Positions 16,870 through 24,000 of a stretch of DNA of 24,000 nucleotides are shown in pieces. A model generated the notes under the pieces. It was not told the DNA's origin. It made no database searches and worked only from the letters and a program-made list of their open reading frames with translations. The DNA lies in contig JBCBJV010000002.1 in assembly GCA_038522945.1 (NCBI GenBank), positions 48,792 to 72,791 on the forward strand, read 5' to 3'. Made by a program: the position numbers and the translations under genes. Position 1 is the first letter of the stretch. Every line of letters starts with the position of its first letter. Source of the DNA: Pseudomonadota bacterium. GTDB lineage: Bacteria > Pseudomonadota > Alphaproteobacteria > Caulobacterales > Parvularculaceae.

Positions 16870-17724
16870 CTAATTGAACACGATTGTCTTGTCGCCGTTC
16901 AGAATGACCCGGTTCGAGGCATGCCATTTGACCGCGCGGGAGAGAACCCGCGCTTCGATATCCAGGCCTGCTTCGACTAGTTCGCTTGCGGACAAAGAAT
17001 GGTCGACGCGCTCGACATCTTGTTCGATGATGGGGCCTTCATCCAGATTGGCGGTAACATAATGCGCCGTTGCACCGATCAGTTTGACACCGCGCTGATG
17101 GGCCTGATGGTAGGGTTTAGCGCCTTTAAAGCTTGGCAAAAATGAGTGGTGGATATTGATGCAGCGACCGCTGAGTTTGGCTGCGAGCCCGTCGGAGAGG
17201 ATCTGCATATATCTGGCGAGAACGACGAGTTCCGCTCCATAGGATTTCGTCAGATCATAAAAAGCAGCTTCGCCTTCCATTTTAGTTTGCTTCGTAATCG
17301 GAACATGATGATAGGGGAGGCCATACCACGCGGCCATCTCACCCATAGTGTCGTGGTTTGAAATGATCCCTCTTATGTCTATCGGCAGGGCACCATTCTT
17401 CCAGCGGTGCAAAAGATCGTTCAAGCAATGCCCGAATTTCGACACCGCAACAATGGTCGGGATGCGCCGCCCGGCGTCAACGAGGGACCACGCCATGGAA
17501 AACCGGTCGGCGAGGTCGCGGAAGCCCTCCTTAAACGCGTCGATGTCAAAGCCGTCCGCGTTTGCACCCCTAAAACTGAGACGGGCAAAATAGCGTGCCG
17601 CATCGGGATCGCTGTGGGCCTTCGTCTCCTCGATGAACCCGCCTGCTTCAAACACAAATGTTGAAACGGCTGACTGAATGCCAGCAACATCAGGGCAGTG
17701 GTACGTTAGTGTCCAGGAAGGCAT
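16870..17724 (-). CDS. purU: formyltetrahydrofolate deformylase
   Basis: 284 aa. N-terminal ACT-like domain plus formyltransferase core (INIHHSFLPSFKGAKPYHQA, GATAHYVTANLDEGPIIEQDV). Confidence 0.92.
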   Translation of the reverse strand: MPSWTLTYHCPDVAGIQSAVSTFVFEAGGFIEETKAHSDPDAARYFARLSFRGANADGFDIDAFKEGFRDLADRFSMAWSLVDAGRRIPTIVAVSKFGHCLNDLLHRWKNGALPIDIRGIISNHDTMGEMAAWYGLPYHHVPITKQTKMEGEAAFYDLTKSYGAELVVLARYMQILSDGLAAKLSGRCINIHHSFLPSFKGAKPYHQAHQRGVKLIGATAHYVTANLDEGPIIEQDVERVDHSLSASELVEAGLDIEARVLSRAVKWHASNRVILNGDKTIVFN

Positions 17725-17889
17725 GGCGTTGCAGTCTCAAGCTTGGTCAAAAAGATCAGTCGGCGCATTAAATGGTGGGCGATTCCTGAAGATCGATGTG
17801 GGCTTTTATTGCCTGGCTCCGGAAAGGACCGTTCTCGCCCCAGCCACTCCGTCCTCTCTTCCCGTCCTTGATCGATGCAAAATTCGCGC

Positions 17890-18393
17890 CTAATCTTCAT
17901 CGTCATCGGCGACAGGGCCGCCTATGCTGTAATTCCCGGCAGTTTCATAAAAGGGGGCAACGAGGCGTTCGACAATTTCGCTGCCTTCCGCGGCGCGGGC
18001 AGCCGCATAGTCTTCGGCTCGGCGGGAGCACTCATCATATCGTCCTTGAGCGGAGCGATACCCCTTGTTGAAGGCGTTGACGAGTTGTTCCTGGAGGCGC
18101 TTGGTGGGTTTCTCGTGGGTGATGATCCCTTTCATGCGCTCGCGCCATACGTCGGATTCGCGGCGCGGCTCGCACATACGCCGCAAGTGGTGGAGCTCGC
18201 CGAAGATGCCGGAGAGGGCCGTCATATCCGCAGTGCGTTGCTTATAGTCGAGCTCCTGAGCGTGGGCAGGCGCAAAAATCAGCGCCGCTGACAAAGCGAG
18301 GCTAAATACGGCGACGACTGGTCTGATACTGACTGGCCTGATACAGACTGGTCTGACACTGAATGGCCTGAAACTAAAATAGGACGTGTCCAT
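17890..18393 (-). CDS. TIGR02301-family periplasmic protein (alphaproteobacterial, unknown function) with N-terminal pentapeptide repeats
   Basis: 167 aa. AGGAAG SD. Signal-like VAVFSLALSAALIFAPAHA-QE. The core LSGIFGELHHLRRMC...WRERM...LVNAFNKGYRSAQGRYDEC matches my recollection of TIGR02301. Confidence 0.65.
   Translation of the reverse strand: MDTSYFSFRPFSVRPVCIRPVSIRPVVAVFSLALSAALIFAPAHAQELDYKQRTADMTALSGIFGELHHLRRMCEPRRESDVWRERMKGIITHEKPTKRLQEQLVNAFNKGYRSAQGRYDECSRRAEDYAAARAAEGSEIVERLVAPFYETAGNYSIGGPVADDDED
18316..18375 (-). repeat. 4 x 15-bp in-frame tandem repeat encoding SFRPF-SVRPV-CIRPV-SIRPV
   Basis: Plus-strand units: gactggtctgatact, gactggcctgataca, gactggtctgacact, gaatggcctgaaact. 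Unit boundaries coincide with codon boundaries of the 17890..18393 CDS. Confidence 0.95.
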
Positions 18394-18421
18394 GCTTCTT
18401 CCTGAGCGACAACTGTAGCCG

Positions 18422-18447
18422 TTTTTAGACCGAAATCGGTCAAAAAA
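18422..18447. promoter_or_regulatory. 26-nt near-perfect palindrome between the Nudix stop and the TIGR02301-family gene start
   Basis: tttttagaccga-aa-tcggtcaaaaaa. 11 of 12 arm positions are complementary. Confidence 0.4.
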
Positions 18448-18473
18448 CAGTGGAGGGCCAAATTACTGGACGG

Positions 18474-18908
18474 TCAGGTGGATGACCTCAAGCCAATGGC
18501 TTGCCTTAGGGCATCGCGGGTCTTGTCCCATTTGAGTTTTTCCAGTGCCTCGTAAAGCGGGAAAAAGGCCGCGTCCGCGGCGTCGTCTGCCGCAACCGGT
18601 TCACCGTCCAGCCATTCCGCGACGAAGTCCACCATCACATAATGCTTGTCTTCGGCAGCCTCAGGCAGTGCTTCGAAGACATTGATCAGCTCGCCGATCT
18701 TGATGGCAAGGCCCGTTTCCTCAAGGACTTCGCGCTTGACGGCGGCCTCAAGGCTTTCGCCAAAGTCGACTTTGCCGCCGGGGATCGACCATTGGCCTAG
18801 GAGGGGCGGGCGGCCGCGCTTGATCAGGAGGACGTCCTGATCCCGGAAAACCACTGCCCCCACGCTGACGAGGGGGCGATTTGGCTGCTTTTGCTCGAAT
18901 TCGCTCAT
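18474..18908 (-). CDS. Nudix hydrolase
   Basis: Nudix box GGKVDFGESLEAAVKREVLEETGL. The start is either the ATG at 18908 (MSEFEQ...) or the ATG at 18932 (track ORF). The latter would overlap the divergent SRAP start by 2 nt. Confidence 0.88.
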   Translation of the reverse strand: MSEFEQKQPNRPLVSVGAVVFRDQDVLLIKRGRPPLLGQWSIPGGKVDFGESLEAAVKREVLEETGLAIKIGELINVFEALPEAAEDKHYVMVDFVAEWLDGEPVAADDAADAAFFPLYEALEKLKWDKTRDALRQAIGLRSST

Positions 18909-18930
18909 GTCGCCCGCTATACCGGGGCTC

Positions 18931-19629
18931 ATGTGTGGACGCTACCTCTTCACCTCGCCGCCGGAAGCGGTCGCCAATGCATTCAAGCTGGATGTGCGGG
19001 AGAACTTTCCCCCGCGCTGGAACATTGCGCCAACCCAGCCGATCGGCATCATCCGCCGGGGAGAGACGTCACGGGAAAAAGAGTTCGCCCTCGTGCGCTG
19101 GGGGTTTATCCCTTCCTGGGCCAAGAAAGACTATCACGAGCGCATGGGCTCAAAGCCCTTGATCAATGCGCGCTCAGAAACCGTCGCAGAAAAGCCGACC
19201 TTCCGGGCCGCCTTCAAACGGCGCCGCTGCCTCGTACCGGCGGACGGATTTTATGAATGGAAAAGCGAGAAGGGCGGCAAGCAACCCTACTGTATCCAAC
19301 CTTCTGAAGGCGGACTGTTTGCTTTTGCCGGGATTTGGGAGACCGCTCATGACCCGGACGGCGGTGAGATCGACACCGCCGCCATCTTGACCGTTGGCGC
19401 AAGCGAAGACTTGAAGCCGCTCCATCATCGCGAGCCAATTGTTATTCAGCCTAAAGATTTTTCGGCATGGCTGGAGCCGGACGAGACGAAGCTGGAAGAT
19501 GTTGTGCCGCTCTTGCGTCCGGCAGCTGACGGGTATTGGCGTTACTTTGAAGTGTCAAAGGCGGTCAACAATGCTCGCAATGAAGGCGAAGCGCTCGCCA
19601 GCGAAATCGGCCAGCAGGAGTTGTTTTAG
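18931..19629 (+). CDS. yedK: SOS response-associated peptidase (SRAP, YedK/HMCES family)
   Basis: Trimmed to the ATG at 18931 so that the protein begins MCGRY, placing the catalytic Cys at position 2. Also NIAPTQ, LINARSET, PADGFYEW and HHREPIV motifs. Confidence 0.92.
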   Translation: MCGRYLFTSPPEAVANAFKLDVRENFPPRWNIAPTQPIGIIRRGETSREKEFALVRWGFIPSWAKKDYHERMGSKPLINARSETVAEKPTFRAAFKRRRCLVPADGFYEWKSEKGGKQPYCIQPSEGGLFAFAGIWETAHDPDGGEIDTAAILTVGASEDLKPLHHREPIVIQPKDFSAWLEPDETKLEDVVPLLRPAADGYWRYFEVSKAVNNARNEGEALASEIGQQELF

Positions 19630-19630
19630 G

Positions 19631-20608
19631 TCAACTGCGCGGTGCCGCTGCCCGTGCCAGGCGATCATTGATGGCAAGGCCGAGGCCTTGCTCAGGGATT
19701 GGCGCGACGGCGATGCCTTCAAGGTCATTTTCAGTACAAAGTGCATCCAGTTTGTGAAAGGCGCTGAAGAGGTTGGCTGCCGCTTCCACAAGGTCGCCGG
19801 TTGGGCTCAAATTGATCGTGTAGTGCCCTTGTGTCGCCGTGCCAAAAGCGAGGAATGCTTCTCCTTCGTTGGGGGCTATGGCGTTCAGGCGTAAGGGGGT
19901 CCCCGGGGCGTAATGGCTTTTCATCATCCCGGGTGCAACGATCCCTTCGTCATTATGGTGACGAATTGGTGCGCCCGTGACGCGCTCGATTTCCTCGACT
20001 GAAATGCCACCTGGGCGTAGGAGGGTTACGGTGTTTGCGTCAATTTGAAGAATTGTCGACTCCAGCCCCACTGATGACGGTCCGCCATCCAGGATGAAGT
20101 CTACGCGTTCCCCAAGTCCGTCGCGGACGTGGTCTGCCGTGGTCGGACTTATGCGCCCTGACGGGTTTGCGCTGGGGGCGGCAACCGGTTTGCCGAATGC
20201 GCTAAGGACGGCTCGTGTCAGAGGATGAGCGGGGACCCGCACACCCATGGTGGGCAAGCCCGCGGTGACCAGGTCGGCAAGATCAGAACTCGGTTCCCGC
20301 GCGAGTACTAAGGTGAGCGGACCCGGCCAAAAAGCCTCGCCAAGAAGGCGCGCCTGGTCATCAAGCTCAGCATACGCGCTAATTTGGGCAATTGACGCAA
20401 AGTGACTGATTAGCGGATTGAACGTTGGCCGCTCCTTGGCGGCGAAGATTTTGGCAACGGCTTTCGGGTTGGTCGCATCAGCACCGAGGCCGTAGACAGT
20501 CTCGGTCGGCAAGGCGACAAGCTCGCCTGCTCGTAGGGTCGCGGCCGCTCTTTCGATCTCGGCTTCTCGTCCTTCGGGCGCTACCGCGTCAGAGCGCTCA
20601 GGTGTCAT
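19631..20608 (-). CDS. tsaC: L-threonylcarbamoyladenylate synthase, long Sua5/TsaC2 type
   Basis: 325 aa. YrdC-domain motif PTETVYGLGADA. The KERPTFNPLI motif and the extra C-terminal Sua5-type domain are present. Confidence 0.9.
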   Translation of the reverse strand: MTPERSDAVAPEGREAEIERAAATLRAGELVALPTETVYGLGADATNPKAVAKIFAAKERPTFNPLISHFASIAQISAYAELDDQARLLGEAFWPGPLTLVLAREPSSDLADLVTAGLPTMGVRVPAHPLTRAVLSAFGKPVAAPSANPSGRISPTTADHVRDGLGERVDFILDGGPSSVGLESTILQIDANTVTLLRPGGISVEEIERVTGAPIRHHNDEGIVAPGMMKSHYAPGTPLRLNAIAPNEGEAFLAFGTATQGHYTINLSPTGDLVEAAANLFSAFHKLDALCTENDLEGIAVAPIPEQGLGLAINDRLARAAAPRS

Positions 20609-20714
20609 CGATTTTCATCGCTCGATCGCATGAGGCATTCCGCTTTGCTTCCTTGATAACCGGTCTCCGCCAGTCAGCGCGCATTAATCAGTATGCCCCA
20701 GTCAGGTTCCTCAC

Positions 20715-21113
20715 TCAGTGCGTCAGGTCAGCGTCTAAGGCGAATCGGGTCAAGGTTTCCATGGGCACAACGGCCAGTGCTTCTTCGTGGGTGGCCTTCA
20801 AAAAAATTGGCGGGGCAACGCCCGCATCTAGGGCTTCTTTCCAGCGGGAAAGACAGACGCACCATTTGTCACCTGATTTCAGTCCGGGAAAAGAAAACTC
20901 CGGTCGCGGGGTCATAAGATCATTGCCGCTCCTTTTTTGGTGCAGCAGAAACTCGTCCGTCACTTCCGCACAAACGAGATGCATGCCCCGGTCGCGACCG
21001 TCAGTGTTACAACACCCATCTCGGTACCAACCGGTCATGGGGTCGAGCGAACATGTTTCCAGCGGTTCGCCGAGAACATTGCGTGGGGCCGGGTCTTTGT
21101 CAGATAAGGTCAT
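20715..21113 (-). CDS. DUF2237-family Cys-rich protein
   Basis: Trimmed to the ATG at 21113 (132 aa). NVLGEPLETCSLDPMTGWYRDGCCNTDGRDRGMHLVCAEVTDEFL...GNDL...FPGLKSGDKWCVCLSRW matches my recollection of DUF2237. Confidence 0.7.
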   Translation of the reverse strand: MTLSDKDPAPRNVLGEPLETCSLDPMTGWYRDGCCNTDGRDRGMHLVCAEVTDEFLLHQKRSGNDLMTPRPEFSFPGLKSGDKWCVCLSRWKEALDAGVAPPIFLKATHEEALAVVPMETLTRFALDADLTH

Positions 21114-21147
21114 AGAGTCAAGTAGTGGGTCCAATGGACGAGAAGGC

Positions 21148-21663
21148 TCAAAGGTCTGAAGAGGCGTTGCGATCAGACGCCACCGGTGGATCGGTTTTGG
21201 ATGCAAGCGCGCGCTCTTCTGCGTACCTGATTAATAGTACACCGCCAACAATGGCGATCGCGCCAATCCATTTTATGGGGGTCATGGGCAGTTTTGCTGG
21301 TGCTAGCAGCCCGTAGTGGCTGAGGGCAAGGCCTGCGAGAACTTGCCCGGCGACAACGCACACCGCGTAAGCGCCCGGGCCGATTTTTGGGATCAGAACT
21401 GTTGCGGCAAAGATAATCCCGAAGCTGATAATGCCGAGGTATAGAAGGGGCGGGTCGACCTCGCCCAAGGGGGCGAGTGATTTTCGCGGGGCAAAGAGGC
21501 CGAACGCGCCCCAAGCGACGAAGGCGCCGACCGTGAAGAAAACTGACGTGGCAAGCAGTGGTGAGCCCACTTGTTCGCCAAAGCGACTGTTCAACGGCAG
21601 ATAAATCCCCGCGACAACGCCAGTGACGAGCGCGAGACCATAAAAAAGCGACATGTTCTGCAT
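21148..21663 (-). CDS. DMT-superfamily membrane protein, DUF606/YdcZ-like
   Basis: 171 aa with about 5 TM helices, Gly/Ala-rich, YdcZ-like in length and pattern. The overlapping 201-aa ORF in another frame is Arg-rich. Confidence 0.65.
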   Translation of the reverse strand: MQNMSLFYGLALVTGVVAGIYLPLNSRFGEQVGSPLLATSVFFTVGAFVAWGAFGLFAPRKSLAPLGEVDPPLLYLGIISFGIIFAATVLIPKIGPGAYAVCVVAGQVLAGLALSHYGLLAPAKLPMTPIKWIGAIAIVGGVLLIRYAEERALASKTDPPVASDRNASSDL

Positions 21664-21731
21664 ATGGGCTTGGGTGTATCCTGATCGTTGGTTTTTGCTG
21701 CTCGACCGAGAGGCGGTACAAGAGCGACTGC

Positions 21732-22295
21732 TTAGACAAAACGGGCGATGGAGACGGCCCCTTTTGATCCGGCGCCAACGAGCCTTGTCCAGACCGACAT
21801 CAAGGGACCGGCTGGCGTTGGATCCCGTCCGGCGGCATCATCGCGATGCGCGACTTCGTCCGCCTGGCAGTCAACAAGCACCTGTTTCAGGTCACCTAGA
21901 GTTGGCTCTGCCTCTAGCTTTTGGTCCAGATACTCAATCTGTTCCTGATAATGATGGTCCACGAAGGTTTCAACGGCCGCGATGGTCTTGAAGACAGCGC
22001 GCGGTCCGAACAGGGACGGTAGTGCGCCGGTCAGGAAGCCGGCCAGTTTCCAGACAGAAACGAGCTTGGAGCGCTGGCCCGGCGGCAATATGCCTTCAAT
22101 GAGGGCCAAGTGCTTCTGCTCGGTTGCCATGTGTTCTTTGGCAAAAAGGCGCACATCACCGTCCTTGGAAACAGCGAGAATGCCTTTGTAGATCCAGACT
22201 GCGCCGGTCTCGCCCGCATGGTCTGTGCGCAGGTCGGCGACGATGCGCTGGTCACTCGGCAAGTCGGGGAGAGGGCGGGGCGTGTCGGACGGCAT
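21732..22295 (-). CDS. coq7: demethoxyubiquinone hydroxylase (di-iron carboxylate, Coq7 family)
   Basis: 187 aa. DHAGETGAVWIY, ATEQKHL (E-x-x-H), VETFVDHHY and ADEVAH (E-x-x-H) motifs. AAGGAG SD. Confidence 0.9.
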   Translation of the reverse strand: MPSDTPRPLPDLPSDQRIVADLRTDHAGETGAVWIYKGILAVSKDGDVRLFAKEHMATEQKHLALIEGILPPGQRSKLVSVWKLAGFLTGALPSLFGPRAVFKTIAAVETFVDHHYQEQIEYLDQKLEAEPTLGDLKQVLVDCQADEVAHRDDAAGRDPTPAGPLMSVWTRLVGAGSKGAVSIARFV

Positions 22296-22493
22296 AGAAA
22301 ACTGCTCCTTTGACAGAAAAACGCGCCGGGGCCCTCAATGGATGGCTTTCTGGCGATCATCATGACGTTTCGCCGCAGGATTCCCTGCAATCGCGGCCGT
22401 TTTGCGCGAAAAGCCGCTGCCCTTGGGCCTGTCAAATTGGCGACTGTCGCGACATAAACTGACGAGGAATTTTGATTTAGGAGAAGATCGCCC

Positions 22494-24000
22494 ATGACGT
22501 TCGCCACGCCCGTCCGCGATATGCGCTTTACCTTGAAGTCCGTTGCAGGCTTCGACCACCTGACGAAAACGGGTGCGTTCCCGGATCTTTCCGATGACCT
22601 GACCGATGCGATCCTCGAAGAGGCGGCAAAGTTTGCTGACGGCGTTATTGCGCCTTTGAACTGGGGAAGCGACCAAAATGGGGCGGTGCTGGAAAATGGT
22701 GTTGTGCGCACCAGCCCCGGCTTTGTGGACGCTTACAAGCAATATGTGGAAGGTGGCTGGAACGCGTTAGCGTTTCCGGAAGAGCACGGCGGTCAGGGCT
22801 TGCCGACAACCCTCGCGGTGGCGCTCATCGATGCCATGAATGCAGCATGCATGTCATTTGCTATCGGCACGACGCTTACGACCGGTGCCATCAAGGCGTT
22901 GCTTCACGTGGGGACCGATGAGCAGAAAGCAGTTTACTTACCGAAAATGATGACCGGCGAATGGACCGGCACCATGAACCTCACAGAGCCGCAGGCAGGC
23001 TCTGACCTTTCCGCCCTGCGCACAAAAGCCGAGCCCGTTGGTGATGGGCGATATAAAATCAGTGGGCAGAAAATCTATATCACTTATGGGGATCAGGACC
23101 TCACCGACAATATTGTCCACTTGGTCCTTGCGCGGCTGCCCGATGCGCCAGAAGGCACGGGCGGGATTTCCATGTTCATTGTGCCGAAGGTTCATGTGAA
23201 CGAAGACGGTTCGCTCGGCGAGCGCAATGACGTCAAATGCATCAAGCTCGAAGAGAAGATGGGTCTCCATGGCAGCCCAACGTGCGTTATGCAGTACGGG
23301 GACAATGGCGAGTGTTACGGCACACTCCTTGGCGAAGAAAACAAAGGCCTGCGGAACATGTTCGTCATGATGAACTCCGCCCGTCTCGATGTGGGCGTTC
23401 AAGGGGTTGGTGTCGCTGAACGCGCGTATCAGCATGCCCTTGCCTATGCCCTTGACCGCAAACAGGGCCGGGCCACTGGTGTTAAGTCCGGTGACATGAT
23501 CCCGATCTATGAACACGCTGATGTGCGGCGAATGCTCTATTCCATGAAAGCACTCGTCGAGGCCTCGCGGGCAATCTGTTACGTGAATGCGGTGGCCTAT
23601 GATCTTGCTCGTCATGCGCCAGATGAGGCAGCGCGGAAGGAAGCCAAGGCGCTGGAAGAGTTGCTGACGCCGATCTCCAAAGCATGGGCCACGGACCGCG
23701 CTAACGAGATTACATCGATCGGTGTACAGGTCCATGGTGGCATGGGCTATGTGGAAGAAACGGGAGCGGCGCAATTCATGCGTGATGCCCGGATCGCAGC
23801 AATTTACGAAGGAACCAACGGTATCCAAGCCATGGACCTTGTCGGCCGCAAGCTGCAGGGCGATGGCGGTGCCGCCGTCCGCGCCTTCCTGCAAAATGTG
23901 GATGACCAGGTCAAAATCACCAAAGCTGGCAAGCATGGTGATCTGGAAGTGATCGGTGAGCGGCTATTGGCGGCCGGTGCAGCCTTGGAGCAGTCGACGA
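22494..24000 (+). CDS. long-form acyl-CoA dehydrogenase (about 600-aa FadE/DmdC-like class), 3' end off the window
   Basis: Absent from the track because there is no stop in the window. Hand translation from the ATG at 22494 (AGGAGAAG SD) gives MTFATPVRDMRFTLKSV...TEPQAGSDLSALRT...GISMFIVPK...IYEGTNGIQAMDLVGRKL. It stays open to position 24000. Confidence 0.9.
   Translation, partial: MTFATPVRDMRFTLKSVAGFDHLTKTGAFPDLSDDLTDAILEEAAKFADGVIAPLNWGSDQNGAVLENGVVRTSPGFVDAYKQYVEGGWNALAFPEEHGGQGLPTTLAVALIDAMNAACMSFAIGTTLTTGAIKALLHVGTDEQKAVYLPKMMTGEWTGTMNLTEPQAGSDLSALRTKAEPVGDGRYKISGQKIYITYGDQDLTDNIVHLVLARLPDAPEGTGGISMFIVPKVHVNEDGSLGERNDVKCIKLEEKMGLHGSPTCVMQYGDNGECYGTLLGEENKGLRNMFVMMNSARLDVGVQGVGVAERAYQHALAYALDRKQGRATGVKSGDMIPIYEHADVRRMLYSMKALVEASRAICYVNAVAYDLARHAPDEAARKEAKALEELLTPISKAWATDRANEITSIGVQVHGGMGYVEETGAAQFMRDARIAAIYEGTNGIQAMDLVGRKLQGDGGAAVRAFLQNVDDQVKITKAGKHGDLEVIGERLLAAGAALEQST

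Noticed and set aside
17725-17889. Possible riboswitch or leader upstream of purU (minus-sense GGACGGAGUGGCUGGGGCGAGAACGGUCCUUUCCGGAGCCAGG has partial complementarity)
   Set aside because: I could not match it to the ZTP, THF or glycine riboswitch consensus or to any other I know. The helices are short and ambiguous. It would need an Infernal/Rfam scan.
18422-18447. The palindrome considered as a bidirectional intrinsic terminator
   Set aside because: On both strands the T-run is 5' and the A-run is 3' of the stem, the opposite of terminator polarity. The stem is only 6 bp with a 2-nt loop.
18840-18930. LexA (SOS) box expected upstream of the SRAP gene
   Set aside because: No GTTC-N7-GTTC or GAAC-N7-GAAC type element is visible in this interval.
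20425-21159. 244-aa plus-strand ORF
   Set aside because: It is antisense to Sua5 and DUF2237. It is Arg/Ser-rich and low-complexity, a shadow ORF.
21173-21778. 201-aa minus-strand ORF overlapping the DUF606 gene
   Set aside because: It is an Arg-rich alternate frame. The 171-aa frame gives a coherent multi-TM protein.
22938-23936. 332-aa minus-strand ORF. The same applies to 22031..22711 and 22335..22742.
   Set aside because: The 332-aa ORF is antisense to the hand-translated acyl-CoA dehydrogenase, which carries TEPQAGSD and YEGTNGIQ motifs. The other two lie mainly over the coq7 end and the coq7/acyl-CoA dehydrogenase intergenic region, overlapping that gene only at its 5' end. None of the three has a recognisable feature.
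1-24000. Scan for tRNA, rRNA, CRISPR arrays, IS elements, integrases or prophage genes
   Set aside because: I noticed none by eye: no spaced direct-repeat arrays, no transposase- or integrase-like ORFs, and no cloverleaf-like sequences in the intergenic gaps. Covariance-model scans could not be run.

Overview
This is a GC-rich chromosomal segment that looks alphaproteobacterial. The pointers are TIGR02301/TIGR02302-type families, the tlpA<>argH-lipoprotein-lysA arrangement, a VPLPA/PEP-CTERM-like sorting tail and Coq7. I can support 25 protein-coding genes. Two run off the window edges and are missing from the ORF track, so I translated them by hand. Most are housekeeping: argH, lysA, tlpA, tag, ygfZ, bioB, a pyrC-type dihydroorotase, purU, a Nudix hydrolase, an SRAP/YedK peptidase, Sua5/TsaC, coq7, a KAS III and a long acyl-CoA dehydrogenase. 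I saw no rRNA, tRNA, CRISPR array, transposase, integrase or phage gene. I did not find a convincing self-contained novel multi-gene system, and nothing here looks like a defence island or mobile element. The most accessory-looking spot is an AT-richer islet at about 2.6-3.9 kb. It holds a secreted protein of unknown family with a 12-Met/8-Asp spacer in front of a VPLPA/PEP-CTERM-like anchor. Next to it is an unusually long (571 nt) noncoding stretch containing GC hairpins and a 24% GC block. Other items worth a second look:
- an orphan small ParA-like ATPase downstream of a PA3286-type KAS III, convergent with a large unassignable lipoprotein;
- a MAPEG-tag pair with a GTGA overlap;
- bioB-ygfZ tight linkage;
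- an in-frame 4 x 15-bp tandem repeat encoding x-x-R-P-V pentapeptides in a signal-peptide n-region;
- a 3 x 16-nt tandem repeat and a 26-nt palindrome in intergenic DNA;
- very compact head-to-head and tail-to-tail gene junctions.
All family assignments come from motifs read by eye and from memory of those families. No searches were run.
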